Shown here piece by piece: positions 1 through 9,141 of a stretch of DNA of 32,000 nucleotides. The DNA comes from Formosa sp. Hel1_33_131 (lineage in GTDB: Bacteria; Bacteroidota; Bacteroidia; Flavobacteriales; Flavobacteriaceae), in the NCBI RefSeq assembly GCF_001735745.1, contig NZ_CP017260.1, forward strand, positions 120,001 to 152,000, given 5' to 3'. The notes under the pieces were generated by a model. It did not search any database. It was not told the DNA's origin and saw only the letters and a program-made list of their open reading frames with translations. The position numbers were made by a program, and so were the translations under genes. Positions within the stretch are counted from its first letter, which is position 1; every line of letters begins with the position of its first letter.

Positions 1-1227
1 ACCACGGTGGTCCAAAATATTGTTCATATAAATGTGAAAATCGAAATCTTCTTCTTGAGCCTCCAAAACAGTGACTTTACTTTCAAAAGAGGCATAGCTT
101 TTTTCGGTACCGGGATAGCGTTCCGCTATAAAATCATTGAGTTTAATTTCAAAAGGAAGGTCTAAAAGCTTCGATCCATATTTAAAATTAAATTCCAAAC
201 CGCCCACTTCAATATCTTTAAACGGATTGTTAGAGCCCTTCCCTCCTAGCAATTTCAAAATTTTGGTGCTGCCATTAGCCGATATTTTCAAGGCAATACC
301 ATCTTCGTCCCCTTTAAGCAATCTCGATTTTTTTACGACATCAAACGCACCTTTGACCACCGGTTTTGGAAACACAATCGCTTGATTTCCGATAATATAA
401 CGCGAGCGCAATGCGAGTGGCTGAATACTGTCTTTTACCAAACGCCCTTGAACTCTAGTCGCCATGGTCATATATTCTCCTTCATAAGGAGATTGTATGG
501 TCAATTCCGTTTCTGAATAGGTAATATTAATCGCGCCGTCTGTGGGTTTATTAAGCGCATACAACACATTGTGAATGCTGCTCACTTGTCCCAATTTCAG
601 AAAGTGGTTGTGCGGGGCACCATCGCCCGCTTCTACAATTTTCAGGTAGTATTCGCCATCATCAGTGGGGACAATGTCTTCTTCTGCACCTCCAATAAAA
701 TCAACCAATTCAATGGTAATAGGCGTTGTATCGTAAGAAGTTTTAAGAATGTATTTATTTGTAAGGCGAGGAGAAAAATCGACTTCATCTTCATGAACAC
801 GACGCTGAAGCTGCCCGTTGATTTCAAAATCACCATCAATATACGTTGTTAAATATGTTTTTTGAGATAAAAATGTACTTTCAGTCGCTCCTTCTCTGAT
901 GGACATCATGCCCTCAAATCCGTGGTAACGTGTCAAAAATGCTCCAAACAAAATAAATATAAACGATAAATGAAGTGTTAGCGTTGCCCATTTTTCTTTT
1001 CTCAACAGTCGGTATCTAAAAATATTTCCTGCAAAATTGATGATAAACACCACCATGATCGCTTCAAACCAAAGCGCATTGTAAATCAATGTTCGGGAGT
1101 ACGGGGTTGGAGAGGTACTTTGCCCCTGATCCATAAACGTTCCTACCGCCATGGAAATGGCAAAAACGATGAATAATGTCCCTGTTAAGCGGGTAGAAAA
1201 AAGTATATTTGTTAGTTTTTTTAGCAT
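1..1227 (-). CDS. cytochrome c biogenesis protein, ResB/CcsB-like, N-terminal part (3' end lies beyond the window edge)
   Basis: My own minus-strand translation from ATG at 1227 gives MLKKLTNILFSTRLTGTLFIVFAISMAVGTFMDQGQ... It stays open for 409 codons to position 1. Hydrophobic N-terminal helices and the LFSTRL start are typical of Bacteroidota ResB/CcsBA proteins. It is missing from the supplied track because it has no stop in the window. Confidence 0.7.
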   Translation of the reverse strand, partial: MLKKLTNILFSTRLTGTLFIVFAISMAVGTFMDQGQSTSPTPYSRTLIYNALWFEAIMVVFIINFAGNIFRYRLLRKEKWATLTLHLSFIFILFGAFLTRYHGFEGMMSIREGATESTFLSQKTYLTTYIDGDFEINGQLQRRVHEDEVDFSPRLTNKYILKTSYDTTPITIELVDFIGGAEEDIVPTDDGEYYLKIVEAGDGAPHNHFLKLGQVSSIHNVLYALNKPTDGAINITYSETELTIQSPYEGEYMTMATRVQGRLVKDSIQPLALRSRYIIGNQAIVFPKPVVKGAFDVVKKSRLLKGDEDGIALKISANGSTKILKLLGGKGSNNPFKDIEVGGLEFNFKYGSKLLDLPFEIKLNDFIAERYPGTEKSYASFESKVTVLEAQEEDFDFHIYMNNILDHRG

Positions 1228-1254
1228 CCTAAATTGGCTCGTTTTATTGAGTTG

Positions 1255-1262
1255 CAAAGGTA
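1255..1262 (-). promoter_or_regulatory. candidate Bacteroidota -7 promoter box TACCTTTG (TAnnTTTG) for the ResB-like gene
   Basis: Plus strand reads CAAAGGTA, so the minus strand reads TACCTTTG. It lies 28 nt upstream of the ATG at 1227. Confidence 0.45.
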
Positions 1263-1379
1263 CTTATATTAATAGAAAAAGTCATTTATGTTTATCGGTT
1301 TTAACAGTAATTTAAATAAAAAATTGGCATTGGGTTCTTTAAACTTTCAAATGACCGATTACTTGTTTATTTTAGCTAA

Positions 1380-2150
1380 ATGATATCTGTCGTAATTTTA
1401 GGAGCTGGAAATGTAGGAACGCACTTGGTCAAGGCAATTCAAACCGCAGAAAACTTGAGTTTGGTTCAATGGTATTGTCGAGATCCGAAAGGAGTCAAGT
1501 CACCGATCAAAGACGTTGAATTGTGTCATGATTTAGAGCATTTAAAACTAGCGGATGTGTACATCATTGCCGTGAGTGATAAAGCCGTTTCCGATCTGTC
1601 CAAACAACTCCCTTTTGAAAATCGGTTGGTGGTTCATACTTCTGGAAGTGTGGCGATGAAACAGTTAGACATGAAACTCCGAAGAGGTGTTTTTTACCCG
1701 CTTCAAACATTTTCGTTGACTTCAGAAGTCGCGTTTTCAGACGTTCCATTCTGCATTGAAACAATGGAAAAAGAAGATTCAAAATTTCTTAAAAACTTAG
1801 CCATTGAAATGGGAAGTCCATCTTATATGATCAATACCGAGCAACGTCAAGCTTTGCATTTATCGGCGGTGTTTATCAATAATTTCTCCAATCAATTGTA
1901 TCGAATTGCACACGAGTTGTCCGATTTTAAAAGTATTAATTTTGATGTTTTAAAACCGTTAATTTTAGAGACTGCCAAAAAAGTACAATACATATCTCCT
2001 TACGCTGCACAAACGGGGCCTGCAAAACGCAACGACCGCGTGACCATTAATCAACATTTGAGAACTTTAGAAAGCCACCCCGAATACCAATCAATTTATG
2101 AGCAACTTACACAATCAATAAAAAATACACATGGATTCAAAAAGTTATAA
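1380..2150 (+). CDS. Rossmann-fold protein (DUF2520-like, NAD(P)-binding N-terminus)
   Basis: 256 aa. N-terminal VVILGAGNVGTHL dinucleotide-binding motif. Overlaps kdsC by 20 nt, suggesting an operon. Confidence 0.6.
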   Translation: MISVVILGAGNVGTHLVKAIQTAENLSLVQWYCRDPKGVKSPIKDVELCHDLEHLKLADVYIIAVSDKAVSDLSKQLPFENRLVVHTSGSVAMKQLDMKLRRGVFYPLQTFSLTSEVAFSDVPFCIETMEKEDSKFLKNLAIEMGSPSYMINTEQRQALHLSAVFINNFSNQLYRIAHELSDFKSINFDVLKPLILETAKKVQYISPYAAQTGPAKRNDRVTINQHLRTLESHPEYQSIYEQLTQSIKNTHGFKKL

Positions 2151-2661
2151 AGAATACTTAAAAGATATTAAGGCGTTTATTTTTGATGTCGATGGCGTCC
2201 TCACCGATTCCTCGGTCTTAGTGACTTCCGAAGGTGAAATGCTTCGTAAGATGAGTACTAGAGATGGATTTGCCTTAAAAACGGCGGTCGATGCTGGCTT
2301 TTTAGTTTGCATTATTTCAGGTGGAAAAAACGAAGGAGTTCGCAAACGCCTGGAAGGCTTGGGTGTTCAAGAAATTAGTTTAGGAGCGCATGATAAGGTT
2401 GTGCATCTCAAGGAATTGTTTGACAAGCATCAATTGAAAGCCGAAAACGCAGTCTATATGGGTGATGATATTCCAGACATTCCACCGATGAAACTCGTTG
2501 GACTTCCTACCTGTCCGCAAGATGCAGTTCCAGAAGTGAAAGCAGTATCAAAATACATCTCACATAAAAATGGGGGCGATGGATCAGCTCGTGATATTAT
2601 TGAACAAGTTCTGAAAGTACAAGGCCAATGGATGAAAGCATTTGATGCTCGATATGATTAA
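2131..2661 (+). CDS. kdsC: 3-deoxy-D-manno-octulosonate 8-phosphate phosphatase (HAD-IIIA, KdsC family)
   Basis: 176 aa. HAD motif I FIFDVDGVLTD and motif YMGDDIPD. Size typical of KdsC. Confidence 0.8.
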   Translation: MDSKSYKEYLKDIKAFIFDVDGVLTDSSVLVTSEGEMLRKMSTRDGFALKTAVDAGFLVCIISGGKNEGVRKRLEGLGVQEISLGAHDKVVHLKELFDKHQLKAENAVYMGDDIPDIPPMKLVGLPTCPQDAVPEVKAVSKYISHKNGGDGSARDIIEQVLKVQGQWMKAFDARYD

Positions 2662-2671
2662 TCTATAAACT

Positions 2672-3253
2672 ATGCTCGCAGACCTTTTAAAATCTAAACA
2701 CATCATCTTAGCCTCTTCATCCCCTAGAAGACAGGAATTGATCAAAGGACTCGGACTGGATTTTGAAATCCGAATCAAATCAGTAAAAGAAGAATACCCT
2801 CACAGGCTTCGACATTTTGAAATATCTGATTATTTGGCGCAACTTAAATCAATGCCGTTTTTAGAGGAATTGAACCCGAATGACATTCTTATTACAAGTG
2901 ATACCATTGTGTGGTTTGACAATCAAGCCCTCGGAAAACCAAAAGACAACAACGATGCTTTTGAAATGCTAAAAATATTAAGTGGTCGTACACATGAGGT
3001 GATTACGTCGGTATGTTTTAAATCTACAGTATCACAAAAAACCATCAATTCGATTACCAAAGTGACGTTTAAAGAACTGAGCGACGCCGAAATATGGTAT
3101 TATATCGATAATTTTAAAGTGCTTGATAAAGCGGGGGCTTACGGCATTCAAGATTGGATTGGACAGATTGGGGTTACTAAAATTGAAGGTTCCTATTTTA
3201 ATGTAATGGGCTTTCCAATGGATAAAATTTACAAGACCTTACTTAGTTTCTAA
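2672..3253 (+). CDS. maf: Maf-like nucleoside triphosphate pyrophosphatase / septum formation protein
   Basis: 193 aa. ILASSSPRRQELI N-terminus and GAYGIQD motif characteristic of the Maf family. Confidence 0.85.
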   Translation: MLADLLKSKHIILASSSPRRQELIKGLGLDFEIRIKSVKEEYPHRLRHFEISDYLAQLKSMPFLEELNPNDILITSDTIVWFDNQALGKPKDNNDAFEMLKILSGRTHEVITSVCFKSTVSQKTINSITKVTFKELSDAEIWYYIDNFKVLDKAGAYGIQDWIGQIGVTKIEGSYFNVMGFPMDKIYKTLLSF

Positions 3254-4198
3254 AAAGAATTCTAACGCACGCGTTTCATTATAATAATACCCATTCCGAC
3301 TGATAAACCCAACGTGTCCACCACGATTGGGCGTTTCTAAATACACATTTGGATTCTTTTCAGCTTCCTCAAATGGGAAACAGGCTTCCGATAAAAACGA
3401 ATCGTTTAGCGCATTTAAAATCAAGACAGGTGTTTTGATGGCATTCAAAAACTGCAAACTGCTGCATTTTTTATAATAGTCTTGTGCGTTTTCAAATCCA
3501 TGTGCTCGAGAGGTATAGACTTCATCAAAATCGTTGAGTGTTTTGATGCTTCTAATTTTGGCTTTAGTAATCGCTTCCGGAAATTGCTTTTGTTTTAACT
3601 TCAAACGTTGGATCAATCCCCATTTGAAATTGATATGGTAAGGTAAGTTTTTTAAGGCGTGTAAGGCTTTCGCCGACCCTGATAAATCGCAAGGCACAGA
3701 CACTGCCATTGCTGCTTTGACTTGCGGCGGAACAACCGTTCCATCACCTAAATATTTCAACAAAATATTCCCCCCAAGACTGATGCCTTTTAGGAAAATA
3801 GAGTCGTATTTATCCAGTGAGATTACATGTTGAATAAGATCCTCTATATCGTCTGTTTTACCTGAATGGTAGCTTGTATAATACTTATTTAATTCGCCAC
3901 TACAACAGCGGAAATTAACACAAATCGCATCGATATTTTGTTCATTAAAGTGCAATGCGGCTCCTGTGATATAGGGGCGTTGTCCATGTCCTTCCAAACC
4001 ATGAAATAGGATAATCACCGATTTTGAGGGCGTTGGACTGTAACTCCAATCCAAATCAATAAAGTCATCATCCCTTAAAGTGATGCGTTCTCTAAATTGC
4101 TTGATTTTCAAACGCCGTATCAGCCCCGAATAGACGGTAGCTATAAATCCACTTCGAAACCCGAAATGCGCTTTGAAATTACTTTTAACTATAGGCAT
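3239..4198 (-). CDS. alpha/beta-fold hydrolase (YheT-like)
   Basis: 319 aa. HGLEG oxyanion region, GISLGGN nucleophile elbow (GxSxG) and C-terminal GGHVGF. Its start overlaps the tilS stop by 14 nt. Confidence 0.7.
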   Translation of the reverse strand: MPIVKSNFKAHFGFRSGFIATVYSGLIRRLKIKQFRERITLRDDDFIDLDWSYSPTPSKSVIILFHGLEGHGQRPYITGAALHFNEQNIDAICVNFRCCSGELNKYYTSYHSGKTDDIEDLIQHVISLDKYDSIFLKGISLGGNILLKYLGDGTVVPPQVKAAMAVSVPCDLSGSAKALHALKNLPYHINFKWGLIQRLKLKQKQFPEAITKAKIRSIKTLNDFDEVYTSRAHGFENAQDYYKKCSSLQFLNAIKTPVLILNALNDSFLSEACFPFEEAEKNPNVYLETPNRGGHVGFISRNGYYYNETRALEFFLETK

Positions 4199-5516
4199 TG
4201 CGTTCGATTGATAGTTTTAAAATTTTAGGGCTCTTTTCGGTTGCTAAAAAACGTTGGTCTGCACGCCTGCCAACAATCCAAACAACTGCATCGCCACTAT
4301 ACATGACGAGAGTGTTTTCTTTATCTATTAAAGAGAATTTTTCATCTTTAAAATACTTACTTAATTTCTTTTTTCCGCTCATGCCAGAGGGATAAAAATA
4401 ATCTCCCGACTTCCAGTGACTCAATCGTAAAGGGAATTCTAAGGATTCAAAATCCAAATACAAAACGTCTTTAGAAGATGACCCGATAGAAGTGGTGATT
4501 TCTAACTTTAAATCAAACGGTTGGTCTGGAATAGAAATATTTGTTTCTGTGGCCTCAATTAAAATTGACACTTCCGAAAATGAGTTCAGTTTACTTAAAA
4601 TTAATTGTGATCTGTTTTTTAGTAAACGATGGGTAGAAGACGTAATCTGTTTTCCAGACTGCGCCTCTAAAAGTGCTGTGATTTGTGACCAATCGGAGAA
4701 ATTATACGTTTTTAACAACTGGTATAAATACGCTTTAGGATTGTTTAAGGATTGGAGTTGGTCTATATTATAGACAATTTGATTTTCATCAATGGATTCA
4801 ATCACCTTGTCCTCTATTTCTAACATATAATCTTCCAAAATGGATTGTGTATCCTTCAAATGATTTTGAGTGGTTTGAAAACTTTCAATAAAGGAAGGGT
4901 TCAAGTCTTTCAAAAGTGGAATGATGGTATGGCGTAAATTATTACGCAGATATTTTGTGCTTTTATTTGAGCTATCCTCACGCCAAGAAATCTTTTCTTG
5001 AACTGCAAAATCATGAATCTGATCTCTCGATAATTCTAACAATGGACGTACTACAGACCCGTTAATTTCAGGAATCCCCATCAGTCCTTCCAATCCCGTA
5101 CCACGAGATAAGTTGATGAGAACGGTTTCTAAATTATCATCGGCATGGTGAGCGGTTAAAACATATTCAAACTCATGTTGCTTTTGCAGAGAATCAAACC
5201 ATTCATAGCGCAATTGACGTGCTGCCATTTGGATGGATTGCTTACTAGTCTGTGCAAACGCTTCAGTATCAAAATGAGTAGTGAAAACTTCTAAATTATG
5301 AGTTTTTGAAAAGTCTTTAATAAAGCGTTCATCGGCATCACTTTCATCAGCTCTTAACTTAAAGTTACAATGTGCCAACGCAATATTTAAACCTGAATTC
5401 ACACATAAATCAGTCAATACCATACTGTCCAATCCCCCTGAAACTGCGAGCAACAAAGGAGCTTCTTTTAAAAAAGAAAATCGGTTTTGTAAAAGATGTT
5501 GAAAGACTTTTAACAT
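4185..5516 (-). CDS. tilS: tRNA(Ile)-lysidine synthetase
   Basis: 443 aa. PP-loop motif LLAVSGGLDSMVL. Length and C-terminal domain are consistent with TilS. Confidence 0.85.
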   Translation of the reverse strand: MLKVFQHLLQNRFSFLKEAPLLLAVSGGLDSMVLTDLCVNSGLNIALAHCNFKLRADESDADERFIKDFSKTHNLEVFTTHFDTEAFAQTSKQSIQMAARQLRYEWFDSLQKQHEFEYVLTAHHADDNLETVLINLSRGTGLEGLMGIPEINGSVVRPLLELSRDQIHDFAVQEKISWREDSSNKSTKYLRNNLRHTIIPLLKDLNPSFIESFQTTQNHLKDTQSILEDYMLEIEDKVIESIDENQIVYNIDQLQSLNNPKAYLYQLLKTYNFSDWSQITALLEAQSGKQITSSTHRLLKNRSQLILSKLNSFSEVSILIEATETNISIPDQPFDLKLEITTSIGSSSKDVLYLDFESLEFPLRLSHWKSGDYFYPSGMSGKKKLSKYFKDEKFSLIDKENTLVMYSGDAVVWIVGRRADQRFLATEKSPKILKLSIERNAYS

Positions 5517-5532
5517 GTGACAAAACTACAAA

Positions 5533-6822
5533 TTAATTCTCCAAAACACTACGCATTGCTTTGGCTTTCACAAGACATTCGTCATACTCCTTTTCTGGAG
5601 TACTTTTTGAGGTGATGGCACTCCCAACAGAAAATGAAATATACGACTTGGAAGCGTTGTACAAGATACTTCGAATCACCACATTAAAATCAAAATCTCC
5701 TTCAGGAGTAAAGTATCCAACCGCACCAGAATAAAGCCCCCTCTTGGTGTCTTCAAGCGCCTCTATAATTTTCATTGCTGAAATTTTTGGAGCCCCAGTC
5801 ATGCTACCCATTGGGAATGTGGCTGCAATAATATCCACCGCAGAAATGGTTGGCAATGCCTTTGCTTGAACCGTTGAAATCATGTGGTGAACTTGTTTAA
5901 AACTATGTATTTGACAGAGTTCCGAAACGTTGACCGTTCCTTTTTGAGCGATTTTAGACAGGTCATTCCGTACTAAATCAACAATCATAATGTTTTCACT
6001 GCGTTCTTTTGGGTCGCTTTCTAAAGTTGTTTTTAAGTTCGCATCTTCTTCTGCATGCTCAGACCGCTTGGTAGTCCCTTTGATGGGCTGAGAGGTAATG
6101 TCTAGCCCCACCTTTTTTAGATACCGTTCTGGGGAAGAGGATAATAAAAATTTATCTCCATTTTTAAGAAAGGTTGCAAAGGGTGCTTCTGCAATTTTAT
6201 TCAATTTAAAATACGTTTCTAAAGGATTCAAATCTGCATGCGCATAAAATTCTTGACAAAAATTAGCTTCATAAACATCGCCTCTGTGGATGTGAGACAA
6301 TAGTGTACTTACCTTATTAATATAGTATTTTTTTGAAATACGAGATTCAATTTGAATGTCATTTGTATGGGATGGATCGTTTTGTAATGAAAACGTTTCA
6401 ATCGATTCTAAATCGGTATCCACCTCACCAGAAACATAATTTAAATACTTAATTGTTAATGTATTGTCTTTAAATAAAAATAATTTTTTAGGTTGAAAAA
6501 AACAAAGGTCTGGGAAATCGAGCCCATCAAAATTTTGAGACTTTAGAGGTTCGGTATCATTTTTTAAATCATATGAAAGATATCCGAAAATCCAATCGTT
6601 GGTGATGGATTGGTATTCTTTTAATTTTTTAAAACCATTGTCAGAATCGGTCTGAATGCCTGTAAAAGCATCTACCGCTAAGATACAATCATAGCTGCTA
6701 TGGGGTTGTAAGGACTGGTTAGAATCTAGCCAAACAATGTCTTCAAATTGTTGAGCCCAAGCTAATAACTGAGTTTTAAATCCTTCTACCGAACGGAGTG
6801 TAATTTCTTTATGGTCTCGCAA
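5533..6822 (-). CDS. pabB: aminodeoxychorismate synthase component I (chorismate-binding family)
   Basis: 429 aa. Motifs PIKGT, PMGSMTGAPK and GLYSGAVGY. The Lys in PIKGT is the PabB-type residue (TrpE has Ala). The TTG start is forced: an in-frame TAA lies 27 nt upstream with no ATG between. Confidence 0.75.
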   Translation of the reverse strand: MRDHKEITLRSVEGFKTQLLAWAQQFEDIVWLDSNQSLQPHSSYDCILAVDAFTGIQTDSDNGFKKLKEYQSITNDWIFGYLSYDLKNDTEPLKSQNFDGLDFPDLCFFQPKKLFLFKDNTLTIKYLNYVSGEVDTDLESIETFSLQNDPSHTNDIQIESRISKKYYINKVSTLLSHIHRGDVYEANFCQEFYAHADLNPLETYFKLNKIAEAPFATFLKNGDKFLLSSSPERYLKKVGLDITSQPIKGTTKRSEHAEEDANLKTTLESDPKERSENIMIVDLVRNDLSKIAQKGTVNVSELCQIHSFKQVHHMISTVQAKALPTISAVDIIAATFPMGSMTGAPKISAMKIIEALEDTKRGLYSGAVGYFTPEGDFDFNVVIRSILYNASKSYISFSVGSAITSKSTPEKEYDECLVKAKAMRSVLEN

Positions 6823-6841
6823 TGATTGTTTATTTTCAATA

Positions 6842-6849
6842 CAAAGTTA
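6842..6849 (-). promoter_or_regulatory. candidate -7 box TAACTTTG for the pabB-tilS-hydrolase unit
   Basis: Plus strand reads CAAAGTTA, so the minus strand reads TAACTTTG. It lies 20 nt upstream of the TTG start at 6822. Confidence 0.45.
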
Positions 6850-6890
6850 ATCAGTTCTAAATAATAAATCGTCACTTTACAAGAATACCT

Positions 6891-6898
6891 TACCTTTG
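6891..6898 (+). promoter_or_regulatory. candidate -7 box TACCTTTG for the helicase gene
   Basis: Perfect TAnnTTTG, 18 nt upstream of the ATG at 6916. Confidence 0.45.
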
Positions 6899-6915
6899 CC
6901 ACAAAATTAGTTCCA

Positions 6916-8268
6916 ATGTTATCTTTCGAAGACTTTAAATTAACCACTCCCTTAAGCAATGCGCTTCAGGATTTAGGATTTATTGAACCCACTCCCATTC
7001 AGGAGGCGGCTTTCAGTGTCATCTGTGCAGGAAAAGATGTGGTTGGAATTGCTCAAACGGGAACGGGAAAAACATTGGCTTACTCCTTGCCTTTGGTGAG
7101 AAACCTCACCTATTCGACTCAAGAGAACCCACGTGTTTTGATTTTAGTACCTACACGTGAACTTGTAGTCCAGGTGGTAGACTCCTTAACGGATCTAAAC
7201 GTTTATACGAATAACCGTGTTTTGGGCGTTTATGGCGGCACCAATATCAACACTCAAAAACAACAAATAGCAGCCGGAATTGACATTCTTGTGGCCACTC
7301 CTGGACGCTTGTATGACTTGGCATTGAGTCGGGTACTACAACTTAAAAGCATACAAAAACTGGTGATTGATGAAGTGGATGTCATGCTCGATTTAGGGTT
7401 TAGACACCAATTGATTAACATTTTTGACTTGCTACCAGAACGCCGTCAGAATATTATGTTTTCGGCAACGATGACCACAGATGTGGATGCTTTGATTACC
7501 GATTTTTTCATCAATCCGGAGCGTATTTCAGTCGCACTTTCTGGGACACCTCTAGAGAATATCATGCAGTTTCGTTACGATGTTCCCAATTATTATACAA
7601 AGGTAAATTTGATTCGGTTCTTAATGGAAGAACGCGATGTGTTTTACCGCGTCCTCATTTTTGTTTCCAACAAACGTATGGCGGACCGTCTGTTTGAATC
7701 CCTTGAAGAAGTCTTTAATGACGACTGTTGTGTGATTCACTCCAACAAAACCCAGAATTACCGTTTGCGAAGTATTGAACAATTTAGAGAGGGTTTCAAT
7801 AGAATTTTAGTGGCTACAGATGTCATGGCACGTGGATTGGATATTGACGATGTATCGCATGTGATCAATTTTGACACTCCTGAGTATCCCGAAAATTATA
7901 TGCACCGTATTGGTCGAACAGGACGTGCGAAACGAAAAGGAACGAGTATTCTACTTTCAAAAGTTGATGAGACCGATTCTAAAGATGCGATTGAAGCTTT
8001 AATGCAAATGAACATTGAAACGTTAGACATTCCTGAAGTGGTCGAAATTTCAAAAGAACTCATTGAAGAAGAGCGTCCACAAATTAATGAGCCTTACAAT
8101 CCTCACAAACAAAGAGATGAAGATGCGCCAGGGCCGGCTTTCCACGATAAAAAAGAAAAAAATACAAAGGAAAATTTAGGAGGTTCTTATAAATTTATTA
8201 TTGCTAAGAAATACAAAAAACCACAAACAAGAGGCGATAAAAATTATAACAAACGGAATAAGAAATAA
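6916..8268 (+). CDS. DEAD-box ATP-dependent RNA helicase (motif II variant DEVD) with basic C-terminal tail
   Basis: 450 aa. Q-motif region TPIQ, motif I AQTGTGKT, Ia PTRELVVQ, TPGRL, motif II VIDEVD, III SAT, V ATDVMARGLD, VI HRIGRTGRA. Lys-rich C-terminus. Confidence 0.85.
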   Translation: MLSFEDFKLTTPLSNALQDLGFIEPTPIQEAAFSVICAGKDVVGIAQTGTGKTLAYSLPLVRNLTYSTQENPRVLILVPTRELVVQVVDSLTDLNVYTNNRVLGVYGGTNINTQKQQIAAGIDILVATPGRLYDLALSRVLQLKSIQKLVIDEVDVMLDLGFRHQLINIFDLLPERRQNIMFSATMTTDVDALITDFFINPERISVALSGTPLENIMQFRYDVPNYYTKVNLIRFLMEERDVFYRVLIFVSNKRMADRLFESLEEVFNDDCCVIHSNKTQNYRLRSIEQFREGFNRILVATDVMARGLDIDDVSHVINFDTPEYPENYMHRIGRTGRAKRKGTSILLSKVDETDSKDAIEALMQMNIETLDIPEVVEISKELIEEERPQINEPYNPHKQRDEDAPGPAFHDKKEKNTKENLGGSYKFIIAKKYKKPQTRGDKNYNKRNKK

Positions 8269-8271
8269 GGG

Positions 8272-8862
8272 TTAAAGCAATGCTTGAAAATACACAACAT
8301 TGTAAACGCCCAAGAGTTTTTCTTTGGCACGTTTCAATCTCATTTTGATGGCACTTTCTCCTGCGTTATGAAGCTCCATGAGGTCCTTAATACTTTTAAA
8401 ATCTTGGTACTTCAACATTAAAATTTGCTTGTCTTCAAAAGGGATTAGCTCCAATGCTTCACTCAATTTTTCTAACTTTAACAACTGATCCAAATCCTCT
8501 TCAGTTGCCTGTGCTATGACCTCATCACACATTTGTTCAATGTTTGAAGCATTTTTTTCAAATTTTTTAAACTTATTTCGATGGTAATAATTCACACAAT
8601 GATTATACGTAAAGGAGTATAACCAAGTAGAAAATTTAGAAGCGCCCCGAAAACTGTGAATTTTAACCACTAATTTCAGAAAAATATCTTGACAAATATC
8701 TTCGGCTTCTTGATTGTTTTTTGAAAAACTCAAACATTTATTAAATACCATTAAGACGTAGCGTTCGTACAAAACCTTAAATAGCAAAGGATCTTGCGAG
8801 CTTACAATTAGCTCTACTAACAACTCATCTGTTAGTTTGTATGGTAAATAAGAATCATTCAA
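8272..8862 (-). CDS. RNA polymerase sigma-70 family factor (ECF-type)
   Basis: 196 aa. Region 2-like DICQDIFLKL...FSTWLYSFTYNHCVNYY. Region 4-like ILMLKYQDFKSIKDL...ESAIKMRLKRAKEKL. Confidence 0.75.
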   Translation of the reverse strand: MNDSYLPYKLTDELLVELIVSSQDPLLFKVLYERYVLMVFNKCLSFSKNNQEAEDICQDIFLKLVVKIHSFRGASKFSTWLYSFTYNHCVNYYHRNKFKKFEKNASNIEQMCDEVIAQATEEDLDQLLKLEKLSEALELIPFEDKQILMLKYQDFKSIKDLMELHNAGESAIKMRLKRAKEKLLGVYNVVYFQALL

Positions 8863-9029
8863 AGTTAGATTTGTGTATTATCATTGATGCCTTAAAAATG
8901 TCACCAACCTGTTATTAATAATCTTGTTTAACTATTTCATAAAAAGATTAGTCAAAATACTGCTAATCAACTAGTTAAATATAATGAAAATTAATAACTA
9001 TAAGACCTTGAAACTAAAAATATTAAAAT

Positions 9030-9120
9030 AAAAGCAAAAAGAGGCTGTCTGAAAAGTCTTTTTCCTGTCAAGCTGAATTTATTTCAGAATGACCGTTTTA
9101 TTTACTTTTCGGACAGCCTC
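9030..9120 (-). terminator. intrinsic terminator-like compound hairpin downstream of lpdA
   Basis: 17-nt arms GAGGCTGTCTGAAAAGT (9041-9057) and ACTTTTCGGACAGCCTC (9104-9120), complementary except at one position. They enclose an inner hairpin GTCA..CTGAA-TTTAT-TTCAG..TGAC. On the minus strand the hairpin is followed by a U-rich run (plus-strand AAAAGCAAAAA at 9030-9040). It starts 22 nt after the lpdA stop. Confidence 0.6.
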
Positions 9121-9141
9121 GGGTACTAAATTTTATTTTCT

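Noticed and set aside
137-852. Track ORFs 137-385(+), 571-852(+) and 642-839(-)
   Set aside because: They lie inside, antisense to, or out of frame with the 409-codon ResB-like reading frame, which has a recognisable N-terminus. Their translations are low-complexity with no motifs.
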